A DNA stretch of 63,335 bases, the filler included, from Reclinomonas americana ATCC 50394 (lineage: Eukaryota), in the NCBI GenBank assembly GCA_048213135.1. It is 14 parts of 14 records of this genome, joined end to end, with 100 filler letters (N's around TTAATTAATTAA, not from the genome) between each part and the next. Parts side by side here need not be neighbours in the genome. Positions count along the whole stretch, not along the records: positions 1 to 3,854 come from AFZH01019239.1; positions 3,955 to 10,825 come from AFZH01019241.1; positions 10,926 to 14,445 come from AFZH01019242.1; 11 more parts are not named here. One strand, given 5' to 3'. Both the position numbers and the translations under genes were made by a program. Under the pieces are notes generated by a model. The model saw only the letters and a program-made list of their open reading frames with translations, was not told the DNA's origin and searched no databases. Positions 1-11,577 of the stretch are shown here, one piece after another (the stretch's first letter is position 1; every line of letters starts with the position of its first letter).

Positions 1-2
1 AT

Positions 3-383
3 GCTGCTGCGGTTCCAGCTCCGGCTGCTGACCACAGGCTGCAGAATGCTGAATGCCCGATCATGATTCAGCCTGACTATGTAACGGCATCCGGGAGGAC
101 TCTTTGCGTCGGAGCTCATGCTCCCACTGCCTCACTGGGATCCACATTCCACGGCTTTAGAGAAGCCAAGCCCGGTGAGGTCAAGCGCGTGGACTACATT
201 TTCGCCTCTGGGATGGAGTGCGAGGTGCTTGACGCCACAATAGTCGACACGAGGGCCACGGGGGCCAGCGACCACCACCTTGTGATGGCCAAACTGTCTC
301 TTGAGAAGGTGTTTTGCCCAGCGGTTGAGTCTGCATTTCCGGGAGACATAGATATCGATGGAGAGATCGATATCTCGACGTAG
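3..383 (+). CDS. Endonuclease/exonuclease/phosphatase (EEP) family protein, C-terminal part (5' truncated)
   Basis: Frame is open from the window edge and carries the EEP C-terminal motifs STFHGF, RVDYIF and SDHHLV. Confidence 0.8.
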   Translation, partial: AAAVPAPAADHRLQNAECPIMIQPDYVTASGRTLCVGAHAPTASLGSTFHGFREAKPGEVKRVDYIFASGMECEVLDATIVDTRATGASDHHLVMAKLSLEKVFCPAVESAFPGDIDIDGEIDIST

Positions 384-598
384 TAACGCGAAGTAATATA
401 AAGTAATTATAAGAAGTCCTATTCACGATCGAGAGCCCAACAACAAAAGTGTCGAAGACGGAGAGAGGACAAGTTGCTTTCCACCGCAGATTGCGAGTGC
501 TCTCGCCTCTCACCCACCTCTCTCGCTGTCGTCTTCCCTCCTCTCTTCTCATCACGTTCTCCTCTCCCTTTCCCTTCCCTCCCCCCTTCCCTCACAAC

Positions 599-1735
599 AT
601 GTCATTCTACTGTTCCCGCATGCGCATTCTCTCCCACGACGGCTATGGCAACAACAACATCTTTGCTGTCACCGTCACTCCCGACGGCCGGTCAGCACAT
701 TGTGAGTGGCGATCGCATCGGAAAGGTGCGAGTGTGGTCGATGGCGAGTGGAAAGCAAGTAAGCTGCTTGCACGGACACGCAGGTGATGTGTTCTCTGTC
801 ACCATCACTCCCGACGGCCAACACATCGTGAGCGGAAGCTATGACAGGACCATTCGCGTGTGGTCATTGGCAAGTGGCAAGGAAGTGCGACGAATGAGGG
901 GTCACACAAAAGCGGTGACCTCTCTTAAGCTTGCCGTCACTCCGCACGGTGAATTCGTGGTGAGCGGTGGTTGGGACGCGACCGTGCGTGTGTGGTCGCT
1001 GGCAGACAGTGGCGTGCGAGTGTGGTCTTCTACCAGAGGAACAGAGGTGCGACGAATAGAGGGACACGTAGGCTCAGTGCAGTCTGTCGCCGTGACTCCC
1101 AATGGTGAGCACGTTGTCAGCGGCAGTGTAGACGAATCTATAAGTGTGTGGTCACTGACGAGTGGCGAGGAAGTGACGCGGTTGGACGTACACGCTTCGC
1201 CCGTGTACTCTGTCGCAGTTACTTCCGACAGTCAGTTCATTGTGAGTGGCAGCAAGGACGGCACGGTGCGTGTGTGGTCTCTGGCAAGTGGGGAAGAGGT
1301 CCGGCAGTTGGCGGGGCACATGGATGCATCGATGGGGTGTGGTCTGTTGCTGTCACTCCCGATAGTCTCCGCATCGTCAGTGGGAGCGGGGACAATACAG
1401 TGCGTGTGTGGTCGCTGGCAAGCGGTGAGGAGGTGCAGCGGTTGCAATTGGAGGGCCACACTGCCTTGGTGCACTCTGTTGCCGTCACCCGCGGTGGCCA
1501 GCATATCGTGAGTGGGAGTGCGGATCAGACGGTGCGCGTGTGGTCGACACCATGCAGCCTTGCTCGGCAGGAGTTGGAGGTGGCGCGCTTGGCCATGTCG
1601 GCGGTGCAGGAGATGCAGGAAAAAGGGGAAGGAGATTCACGGTGCCTGCCGGAGATGGTGTTGCGGTGCTTCATGGTGGAGGAAGCGGAGGTCGTGGTGT
1701 ACCTGTGTTACAGCGATCCGCGGATGCATCTCTGA
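599..1735 (+). pseudogene. 7-bladed WD40 protein with family-specific tail (copy 1), two frameshifts
   Basis: ATG at 599 (MSFYCSRMRILSH). GH...VAVTPDG.HIVSG..D.TVRVWS repeats are split over three ORFs (449, 474, 1148) by a 4-bp duplication near 685-692 and an imperfect 8-bp duplication near 1319-1334. Confidence 0.8.
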
Positions 1736-1740
1736 GTCGA

Positions 1741-1835
1741 GACGGTTGCCAGAGATAGTGTTGCGGTGTTTCTTGGTGGAGGAGGCTGAGGTCGTGGTGC
1801 ATCGGTGTTTCAGCGATCCCCAGCTGCATCTGTGA
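1741..1835 (+). repeat. Orphan tandem copy of the WD40-gene C-terminal tail
   Basis: Encodes RRLPEIVLRCFLVEEAEVVVHRCFSDPQLHL*, directly after the copy-1 stop. Homologous to 1640-1735 and about 3214-3309. Confidence 0.85.
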
Positions 1836-2141
1836 GTCGTGGCGGCCATGCATGATAGCATGAGCCAGCTGGAGGCTGAATGAACACAACCCCATCCCGT
1901 CTGATCTGCTTGAGAATGAGCTGTCGAAAAGGTTGCTCAAGAGAAGAATGAAGTTGCTTGCGTCGACGTCGGAGAAATGATCAAAGAACGAGACGGCAAA
2001 CGAGAGTGCATGCAGTGGCAGCAGGCTCTCACCGCGACGGTTCTCGAGACTCGGAAAGAACGACGAAGAAAGAAGAGGACGAGTCAGAGAAGGAGGACAA
2101 ACTTATCCGGCAGCACGCACACACACACAACCAGGCCTCCG

Positions 2142-2187
<46 letters not shown>

Positions 2188-2209
2188 TATTCTCCCCCCT
2201 CCCACAACC

Positions 2210-3309
2210 ATGGCATTCCAGTTTGCCCGCATCCTCAAGCACCGCGCTGCACTCACTTCGGTCGCTGTCACCCCCGACAACATGTATATTGTGAGCGGGG
2301 ACGACAAGGGAACAGTGCGCTTGTGGTCACTTGCGCGTGGAAAGGCCGTGGGTGTGCGGCGATTCGAGGATCTCTTTCATTCTGTGTGGTGCGTCACTGT
2401 CATTCCCGACGGCCAGCACATTATCAGCGGGGACGATGAGTGGGCAGTGCGCGTGTGGTCGGTGGTGAAGCAGGCGCGATCGCAGGGACGGTCTACGGCC
2501 GTGCAGGCTGTCGCGGTCACCGCGGATGGCCAACACATTGTCAGTGGTAGTGAGGACTACTCGGTGAGAGTGTGGTCACTCGCAAGTGGCAACGAGGTGC
2601 GACGGTTGGAGGGACACACTGATTGCGTGTCGTCTGTCGCCGTCAGTCGCGATGGTCAGTTCGTTGTGAGCGGCAGTTTTGATTACACCGTGTGTGTCTG
2701 GTCACTGACGGGTGGCGAGGAAGTGCGCCAATTGAAGGGACACACAGGCTTGGTGATGTCGGTTGCCGTCACTCCCGACTGCCAGTTTGTTGTCAGTGGA
2801 AGCTTCGACAAGACCGTGCGAGTGTGGTCACTGGAGAGCGGTGAACAAGTGCGACGATTGGAGGGGCACGATGGTTGGGTGCGATCTGTCGCAGTCACCC
2901 CAGATGGCGAACACATTGTGAGTGGCGGAGATGTGTATGGCAGTACAGTGCGTGTGTGGTCGCTGGCGAGCGGCAAGGAAGTGCAACGGTTGGAGGGGCA
3001 TTCCGGAGAGATTTATTCTCTCGCCGTCACCCCCGATGGTCAGTGCATTGCGAGTGCGAGCGAGGATGGCACAGTGCGGGTGTGGTCGACGACGTGCTAT
3101 CTTGCTCGACTCGAAATGGAAGCGGCGCGCTCGGCCATGCGTGCTGTCCGAGAAGTGCAGCGAAGGGGAGCGAAGAAAAGAAGGAGGAGGAGGAGGAGGA
3201 GGAGGTGGATTCCCGGTGTCTGCCGGAGATGGTGCTGCGTTGCTTCATCGTGGAGGAGGCCGCGGTTGTGGTGCATCGGTGTTTCTGTGATCCCGACCTG
3301 CACCTGTGA
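2210..3309 (+). pseudogene. 7-bladed WD40 protein (copy 2), 1-nt frameshift before the tail (possibly a sequencing error)
   Basis: ATG at 2210 (MAFQFARILKH), seven WD repeats. The tail SRCLPEMVLRCF...DPDLHL* lies in the -1 frame, with the shift near 3161-3170 next to a G run. Confidence 0.75.
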
Positions 3310-3639
3310 TCATGGCGCGTTTGGGACAGGGCGCGGTGAATGTACTATAGCATTGTGTCTGGTGTGGATGGGGGTTTCTCCAACTGGGCAAACACGCAGA
3401 CAGTGTGAGCTCTGCGTCGCTGTTGTACACGTTGAGTAATGATTCTCGCGTCCACTTGTCGTCAACTTGCACACTGCGTGCTTCATGATTTCAACAACAA
3501 CAACAACAACAACTTTACTAATCCAAACAGCAACACGGCTGCATGATGATCACCATCTTGAGTGACTTTGTCTCTCAGTTCTCGTACGCGTGGTGTCTCG
3601 GTTCCTGGTGCTCACTGAAGCTGGAGATCACCATGCCTG

Positions 3640-3854
3640 CTTCACGGATCCGGACCCCGCTTTGCTTTGTTTGCCTGGCTTATGGCCTTTTCCCGAATTC
3701 GATGTGCCGTGTACGATCGCAGAAAACGCTATGCGTCTATGCAAGTGCGTCAAATCCACTGGTCAACCACGTGCGGTGAAGATCGCAGTTCTCGACTTGT
3801 TCGGAGCTCCGAGAGCGAACACACACACAAGGAACCTGCTGCTGCCTCAAGAAT
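3640..3854 (+). repeat. Dispersed repeat family copy 1 (MITE/SINE-like or structured RNA)
   Basis: Core gaattcgatgtgccgtgtacgatcgcagaaaacgct...gttcggagctccgagagcgaac is nearly identical to the copies at about 9872-10165 (-) and 16822-17110 (+). Confidence 0.9.
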
Positions 3855-4341
3855 NNNNNNNNNNNNNNNNNNNNNNNNNNNNNNNNNNNNNNNNNNNNTT
3901 AATTAATTAANNNNNNNNNNNNNNNNNNNNNNNNNNNNNNNNNNNNNNNNNNNNGTCTCCGTCTTCTCTTCCTTCTCGCTTCCATTCCTTCTCATCTTTG
4001 CTTTGGTCCTCAGCCGATTATGTTCCTTCTCTTCCGCTCCACTCTTCTCTCTCCCTTCCACCTCTTCCCTCTTTGCACTTCTCTCGTTTTCTTATTCTCC
4101 CCTGCTTCCCCCTGCTTCCCACCCTCCTTCTCGTTCTTTCCCTCGTTGCTTCTCTCCTACCTCTTCCTTTTCCTTTTTCGCTCTCCCACCCACTTCCTCC
4201 CCTCCCTACGTTTCTGTCTGTCTCCGTTCTTTTCCTTCTAACGCCCTTCCCTCTCTCCTCCCTTCCCGTCCGCCTTCATCCTCTCCCTCACCCTCCCCTT
4301 TCCCCATTTCCTTCCCCTTCATTTCCCCTTTCCCTTCCCAG

Positions 4342-7300
4342 GAACTCACGCGCCTCTCCTCCGACACCGCCAACGCCATATCCGTGGCCTCGGGGGCCGC
4401 CCAAGCGACCGCCAGCGGCCCCGTTGCACAACTACCGTCACGAGTGGAGGCGCTGGAGCGCATGGTGGTGGATCTGTCGCAGCAGGTGCGAAGCGGACGC
4501 AGCGCCGGCGAGACGGCACTGACCGAGGCCGTGAATCGGGTGACGGCACAAGTGGACGACAAGATGAGGTGTGGGGGCGATACTGAGCAGTGCATGAGTG
4601 ATCCCTTTTCTCACACATCACATAGGGAGGATCGAGACGCCGCCGCGCAGGCCCGCTCCGCTTTGCAGTGCGTCAACTCCCTCCTTCATTAACACCCCTT
4701 CTTCTCACTCCTCACCCTCGTTTCCCTATCAACACCAGGGGCGACATTGCCAACGTGCGCACGGAGATGCAAGCGGCGGAGCAGCGTGTGGCGGCCAAGA
4801 ACACGCGTGCCATGGACAGCATGCGCACCGAGGTCATGGACACCATGCAGCAGCAGTTCAACCAGCTGCGCATCTCGTTTGCCGAGGAACTCGACAATCG
4901 CAGCGCTGCCGTGGACCTCCAACTGCAAGAGGGAGAGGCGCGCCTGTTTGAAAAGTCAAAGGAGGTGTGAGCTGCGGTGGTGATCGTCATGATGATGTGA
5001 GATCTCACACGGCGCTTGCAGGCCTCTGCCGTCAACGACACCTCCATCGAGGCGCTGTTGCTCTTTGGCGAGACATTTGGCATGACACGGGACGATATGC
5101 TTGGCCGTCGCAATGCCACGGCGGAGGTGCGGGGATGCGGGGGAAATGGGGGAAGAGGGAAGGCGGAAGAGGGAAGGGGTCATGCGAGGAAGATATCACG
5201 AGGCAACAAAGCGAGACAAGGAAGGAGCTGTTGGAACATTTCCGTCGCAATGCCACTGCAGAGATGCGGAGATAGGGCGACGGAAAGGGGAGGGAAAGAG
5301 GGAAAGGAATGGGAAAGGGGTGAAGGGAAGAGGGAGGCGGAAGAGATGCAGTACATAGGCAACGCGAGGAAAACATCACGAGGCAACGGGGCGAGATATG
5401 GAAATAGGTGTTGAAACATTTCCGTCGCAATGCCACTGCAGAGGTGCGGAGATAGGGCACGGAAAGGGATGGAAAGAGAGAACTGGAAGGGAAAGGAATG
5501 GGAAAGGGGTGAAGGGAAGAGGGAGGCGGAAGTGGAAAAGGGGTGAAAGGAAGAGGGAGGCGGAAGTGGAAAAGGGGTGAAAGGAAGAGGGAGGCGGAAG
5601 TGGAAAAGGGGTGAAAGGAAGAGGGAGGCGGAAAAGATGCGGCACATAGGCAACGCGAGGAAGGCATCACGAGAAGGAAGGAGATGTTGGTTCTTTTGTT
5701 CCGTACCCTAACTCGTCATTGGTGGTCACACGAGGAGCGGTTCCTGGTGATCGGGTGACGGGTCTTGCGAATTAGGGGTCAAGGGTAAAGGGGTAGGGAG
5801 CAACTATAGAGTCAGATACAAAGGTAGTGAGATGACAAGACGGGTAGAGAAAGGAAAGAGGAGGCGCCCTGCATCCATTCAGCCTGCACAACGCATCTTC
5901 TTCTCTCTGCTGCAAGCAATACTCCTTCGGCTTGTTGTCACCCGTTGCCTTTTGCTTCGAAGCTGTCGCTCCTTCGTATTCTTACTCAGTCTGCTTGAGA
6001 AGTGGAGGAGGAGGGGTTCTCTTTCTCACCGTATGCTGTCTTCTCGCTTCATCCGCATCGCGTTCTTCCTCTTCTCCGTCACGCCCTCTGACAGAGAGGT
6101 GCCGAGGCAGGGAACTTCCGTTCAGTCTACGTGAGAGGAGAAATTCTCTTTCTCGCCTCATGCTGTCTTCGCTTCATCCGTATCTTCCTCCTCCATCACG
6201 CCCTCTGACGGATGGAGGGAAGATACGAAGGGAGTGGCTTGTCTCCTTGCTGACCGTCGCCACAACCCTGCACAGGACAACCTGTCATTTGTGCGCGACC
6301 TGCCCGTGTTTATTGGACTGCGTCAGCAATTAGGTGTGCTGTCTTTCCGCTCTTCTCTCGCCAGATGTTGCTGCTCATGAGCACTGCAGAGGACAAGGTG
6401 GACCGAACGGCAATCAAGTCGTTCAAGAGAAGCGTAACGTTGCGTATGAATCACTGCGTCGAGCTGCGGGCATGCATCTAAAGGAGAGTGTGCCTTGCAG
6501 CGAACTGCAGTCGAGAATGCGCACGCTCGAGGCGCACTTTGAGAGTGAAATGGGTGTCACGGTGGACCTGACAACATCGCATGTTGCGTTTTCTGCTTGA
6601 AAATATCACTCTTATGTGCCTGTTCTTGCTCGCACACTCGTTGACTCGTTCCGACCATGCACGCGCATTTCTCGTATTCACGCTCACCTCGTTCTCTGCA
6701 GGATGACGACGACGAGAGGGGTGCAGAACAGCCACCCAGCGAGGGCGACGTGGAGCGCCTGGATCGCAAGATCACGGATGTGGAAGTGAAGCGGGTGGAG
6801 ATGAAACGACGTTGCGGTAGTTTTGTCCCTCTCTTTTGCTGGTGCAATCGCTCACCAAGGCCGAGCAGAACTCGACCGGTGTCAATCGACTCTTGCCCAG
6901 TTGCAGGAAAGCATCAATAGCAAGGTGCAGTCACTGATTCCCCCCACCTCACTCTATTCCTCCCACCTCCCGTACTCTTTCCGTCAAAGCATCCCACGAG
7001 TTGTTTGAACTGCAAGTATGCAGTTTCTGTGTCTTGTTGTTTCGCGTTGTATGTTCTCACCACGGAGATTAGTAGTACATACTTGTCAGCTCTCCTCCCC
7101 TCCTCTCTTCCTCCACTTACCCTATCCTCTTCAAAGCCATGGATGGAAGATGTGGATCGCGTGACAGAGACCGCGGTGCATGCCGACGTGTTCGAGGCCT
7201 TTGTCAAGGAGCTGCGCGAGGAGGTGGCCGACGACCGGGAACACCGCGATAACGAATCGCATGCGATTTCCGAGATTGTGAAGGAGATTGTCGTGCATGT

Positions 7301-9495
7301 CGACGTGCTGCGGCGGGAGAAGCTCGACAAGCGCGTGTTTGCCGGCATGAAGTTGTTGAGTCATTTGTGGGGGGAAAGGGGACCTTGTGAGTCGTTATCC
7401 TTACTCATGTTGGGAATGACGCAGATTTGGGGACGAGGATGAGGTGGCGTCTGCCGCGCGCTTCCGATGCATCGCTTGTGGTCGCAATGCGCCCACCGGT
7501 GTCGACCTGTTGTTGGTGCGTTGAAGTGGGTGAGCATAGGAGAGAAGGAGAATGCCTGCTGAACGGTGGGTTGTATGCAGGCGAATGAGGGATCGGGTCC
7601 GATTCCGTCAATGCCGCCGGCCACGCTGTCACCGCGAGCGGCGCATGCGGGGTCGCCGAGGAAGCATGCGGGGGGGAAGGGGGTGAGTGGTGGGAGGGGA
7701 AGGGGGAGGGAGGGGGAAGAAGGAGGGGAAGAGAGGATAAGAGGAGGAGGAGACGAACAGAATGTCAATGATCACAATGCGGTGGATCAAGGTGAGTAAG
7801 AGAGCAAGTCCACTTCACAAGCCGATTCGTACTCTCTGCCACTCACTGTCCGTCTGTCTCCAGTTCATTCTCTTCTCTCGTTGAGGGGTGTGAGTAGCTG
7901 CGATCGCTGTTGAGCAGTTTTGTCAGCATGGAGTTGCTCTGTCCGTCTCCTGTTGCTCCCCGTAGTCGAAAACGCATCATACACATCGAAGTGTTTCTAA
8001 TTGGTGAGGAGTTGAGACACAAGAGTCGACAGTACACACAGAGAAGAGAACGGAGAGAGCGTGGAGAAGCAGATCACGGGCACCTTGGCTGCTGTTGGCA
8101 GTTCGTGCTCTGTAAAACTTAGAGACGTTCACACACGTGACCAGTTTGGTAGCGTGTGGTGGATAGAGCGTGAGGGGCGAGAGCTGCCCATATGTTGGCA
8201 TTGGAGGTTTGAGATGAACAGGTTTACATCAAGCAGAGTGGATGCCCATATGTTGGCATTGGAGGTTTGAGATGAACAGGTTTACATCAAGCAGAGTGGA
8301 GAGATGGAGCCAGCAGTACACCTTGAGAGAAAAAGAGACGACGAGCTCATCGCAGGCACAGTTGCAATGGTCGGTAACTTGTACTCAGTGAATATCTGAA
8401 AGGAATTGGTACATGCATTGACCGTCTTGGGTCGTGTGTGCTCGATGCGGAGTGGAGAAGAGGAGGGGTAGGTGGTAAGACAAAATGCGGAGAATGAGAG
8501 GGAGAGAGAGGGAGAGAGAGAGAGAGAGAGCTCGATAAAGAGTGGAGAAGTGACGGACGAGATGCAAGGCAGAAAGACCAAGTGTGTGTGAGAGAGCGCG
8601 AGAGAGATGAATGGCAACAAATAGCTTCACATATGACCTTCACTCTCGCATGGGTGTGGGATTCGTTTTCTACTCCTTCCACTATGACTCTTTCTTTCTC
8701 TGTCTGCTCACTCTCTCTCTCTCTCTCTTTCCTTTTCTCTCGCACTATCCTTCCTTTCCCTTCCTCTCTCTCTCTCTCTCTGCATGCTGACGAGTCAGAG
8801 ATGATCACAACCTTTCTATGCACTCGTCACTGACCCTCATTTCCGCAGACGGAACAACCATTCACTCGCCACCCTCCACACTGGCAGTTGTGCAGCCGGT
8901 GCAACCTGCCACGGGAGCAGTTGGTTCACCAACACGTGTGGAGCAATACTACAAGTGGCTGGAGACAAAGTTGCGCAGCCCAGCTCTTTCTCGTTCTTGA
9001 CTTGTCGCTGACGCATGACACAACACAGTGCACCGGAGCAAGTGTACGCCGGTCCGGATGCCACCAGTGTTCCAGCCACGTGCGTACATTATACCACCTT
9101 CTCATCCTTCTGCGTGACGCCCTCACCTCGCTTTGTGCAGTCACACGGTCGGTCGCGACACCAAACTGTACCGCGTGGCCACCGACAGCACCCCACGTCG
9201 TCGCTCCTCTGATACCGTGGCGGTACCGGCCATTCGGCGCATGCTCGCCGGCAGCAACGCCTCGCAGCTGTACGCGAGAGTGGCGGCAAATGGCACCGCG
9301 GTCATGGAGGGGGGAGAGGGTGGCGAGGGCATGGAGCCTACGCCGCCGCCACCGCCGCCACCGTCGGTGTTTCCGCCGGTGACTGCCGCCGCCGCACGCA
9401 ATGATCCAGGTCCGCCGATTGCGCCACCGCACGCGATGAGCAGTCCTCGCAAGGCGGCGGTGGTGAGGTTGCCGCCGGCGAATGGTGCGTCATGA
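4342..9495 (+). CDS. Multi-exon coiled-coil protein, DUF4795/C16orf96/QRICH2-like (5' end missing)
   Basis: Phase-compatible GT-AG exons give long heptad helices, then EKLDKRVF...ASAARFRCIACGR and a late VGRDTKLYR. These resemble the CxxC and G.DG..Y motifs of that family (recalled, not searched). Confidence 0.6.
5105..5670 (+). repeat. Intronic tandem duplication of an exon 3' end plus donor, with nested approximately 33-bp purine repeats
   Basis: ccgtcgcaatgccac.gc.gag.tgcgg occurs at about 5105, 5242 and 5422. ggaaaaggggtgaaaggaagagggaggcggaagt units lie at about 5500-5635. Confidence 0.8.
8186..8301. repeat. Perfect approximately 58-bp direct tandem duplication (intronic)
   Basis: gcccatatgttggcattggaggtttgagatgaacaggtttacatcaagcagagtgga is present twice. 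Confidence 0.9.
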
Positions 9496-9871
9496 GGAGG
9501 GGGAGGTGGAAGGGGGAAGGAGGGTGGAATGCGGAGTGTATGTTACGAGAGGTGAGGTGGCTCGCACTTGGTCTGCTGCCGCGACGACGACTGCATCACG
9601 TGGCACGACGGCGACACCGCCATGTCTGTGGCCGACGTCGCTTACTGACCCTCAAGACTGTTGCTCTCTCTGTCAGCAGCGATCATCTGCAGACACTGTG
9701 ACGACCTACTCATCGTGGCGATTTCGCGTGCAGCTGTTGGGAGCTCGACGGTTGCTGGTTGTTTCCTTTTGTGTGTTGCAAACAACAACAACAATTCATT
9801 CACCAACAAACAAGCAACAGCTGTCTTGATGACCAAGTTCAACCGTATCCAAAACATCAACACAGACACCA

Positions 9872-10165
9872 ATCTTGAGGCAGCAGCAGGTTCTTTGTGT
9901 GTTTGTGTTCGCTCTCGGAGCTCCGAACAAGTCGAGAACTGCGATCTTCACCGCATAAGCGTGGTTGACCAGTGGATTTGACGCACTTGCATAGACGCAT
10001 AGCGTTTTCTGCGATCGTACACGGCACATCGAATTCGGGAAAACGGCGCCAGGCCCGGATCCGTGAAGCAAGCAAAGTAAAGCAGTGGAGGCGTCGTTGT
10101 TGGTGGTGAGGTTGAAACAAAAGAGAGCTTGTCGTGTTGTTGGTGAGGCTCATATCGGTGGTGGT
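9872..10165 (-). repeat. Dispersed repeat family copy 2
   Basis: Reverse complement of the core. Shares the aacctgctgctgcctcaaga tail with copy 1 and the ccaccaccgatat...caccaacaa.acgacaagc leader with copy 3. Confidence 0.9.
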
Positions 10166-10579
10166 GTGACACACACGTCGACTTCCAAACATGAGACAAC
10201 TTCATGATATCGATATGTTGCGCACGATTCCCGTGCACGTGCTGCAACTCGATTCTCTGCCGCTCAGCTTGCAACAACTTGATCCTCTCTCCTTCTATCT
10301 CTTTCTCTCTCCTCCCCCACATGACACACACTTCGACTGCCAATCGTGTGCATGAAAACCAATTCATGATATCGATCATGATATCTCGACATGTCGCGAT
10401 CAATCGCAACGTCGGAGCAACTCAGCTGTTCCTGTCTCTCAGTCTCTCTTTGTCTTCTCCTTCCATGATATCACCGTTGAGCCACTTCATGATACCGAAA
10501 GTGTCCTGCAACTTTTCACTGATATCCGGCGCGCAATCTCTTCCCCTTTACTCTTTTCCTCTCTCAATCCATCATCATC

Positions 10580-10711
10580 ATGGGCAACATCTGTGGCAAC
10601 GCTGGCGCGGCTCTTGAGCGCGGTGCCGAGCGTGCAGTGCACAAGGCCGAGCATCAGGCCGAGAGGAAGGTCGAGCAGGCCGTCAACAAGGAAGTCAAGG
10701 AGGTGTGTGTA

Positions 10712-10788
<77 letters not shown>

Positions 10789-10998
10789 GAGGGAGGGAGG
10801 AGGAGAGACACAACTAACTAACAACNNNNNNNNNNNNNNNNNNNNNNNNNNNNNNNNNNNNNNNNNNNNTTAATTAATTAANNNNNNNNNNNNNNNNNNN
10901 NNNNNNNNNNNNNNNNNNNNNNNNNAGAGAGAGAGAGAGAGAGGAGATCTGCACTCTATCAACCCCCTTCGCTGTCTCTCTTACTTTTTACTCGCAGT

Positions 10999-11035
<37 letters not shown>

Positions 11036-11321
11036 CGCGAGAGTTAGAGAGACCTGCACAAACTCCATCGGTTTTCCGTCTCACTCATTCACTCTTCCCA
11101 TCTCCCTTCCCCTTGTCCCCCTTTCCCCTCATTCCCCCCTCACCCTCCCTTTCCCTCACTCTCCCTTCCCCTCGTTACAGGTGACCAAGAGCGCCGCCAA
11201 GGCCACCAACGAAGTCATCCACGAGTCGGTGGGCCAGAGCAAGGCCGTTGACCGCGCTGTCAACAACGCCGCTGGCTCCGTGGCCAAGGACGTCAACCAC
11301 ACTGTCGATCACGCGCTCTAA
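10580..11321 (+). CDS. Small (about 87 aa) helical hydrophilic protein with N-terminal MGNICG acylation motif
   Basis: Exon 10580-10702 (MGNICGNAGAALERGAERAVHK...) joins exon 11181-11321 (VTKSAAKATNEVIHE...DHAL*) through a phase-0 GT-AG intron spanning a scaffold gap. Confidence 0.75.
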
Positions 11322-11577
11322 AATCGCAGCACCGGTTTTCCACCTTTGTTATTACTGGTGCCCCCTCCCTTTGTTTTCAATCAGTGCGTGGCCAAGTGAA
11401 TTAATCGTCGTTGGTGTTGCATTTGTCGGGTTTGCGGTGTAAGCCAGCAGAGATCACGTGGCGTGGAGGGTTTGTCGTGATGTTCGGATTTTGTCTGGTC
11501 AGTGGCGTAAAGTGTACGCTCTTGTCTGATTGGCTTATTCTCGTCACACACACGCGCACGCGCAGAGAACACGTGGC

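Noticed and set aside
1640..1835. Template/variable repeat pair of a diversity-generating retroelement
   Set aside because: Differences are not adenine-specific, are mostly synonymous, and no reverse transcriptase is present.
3155..3210. Programmed frameshifting in WD40 genes
   Set aside because: Shift sites differ among paralogues and two copies are intact, so mutation or sequencing error is the simpler explanation.
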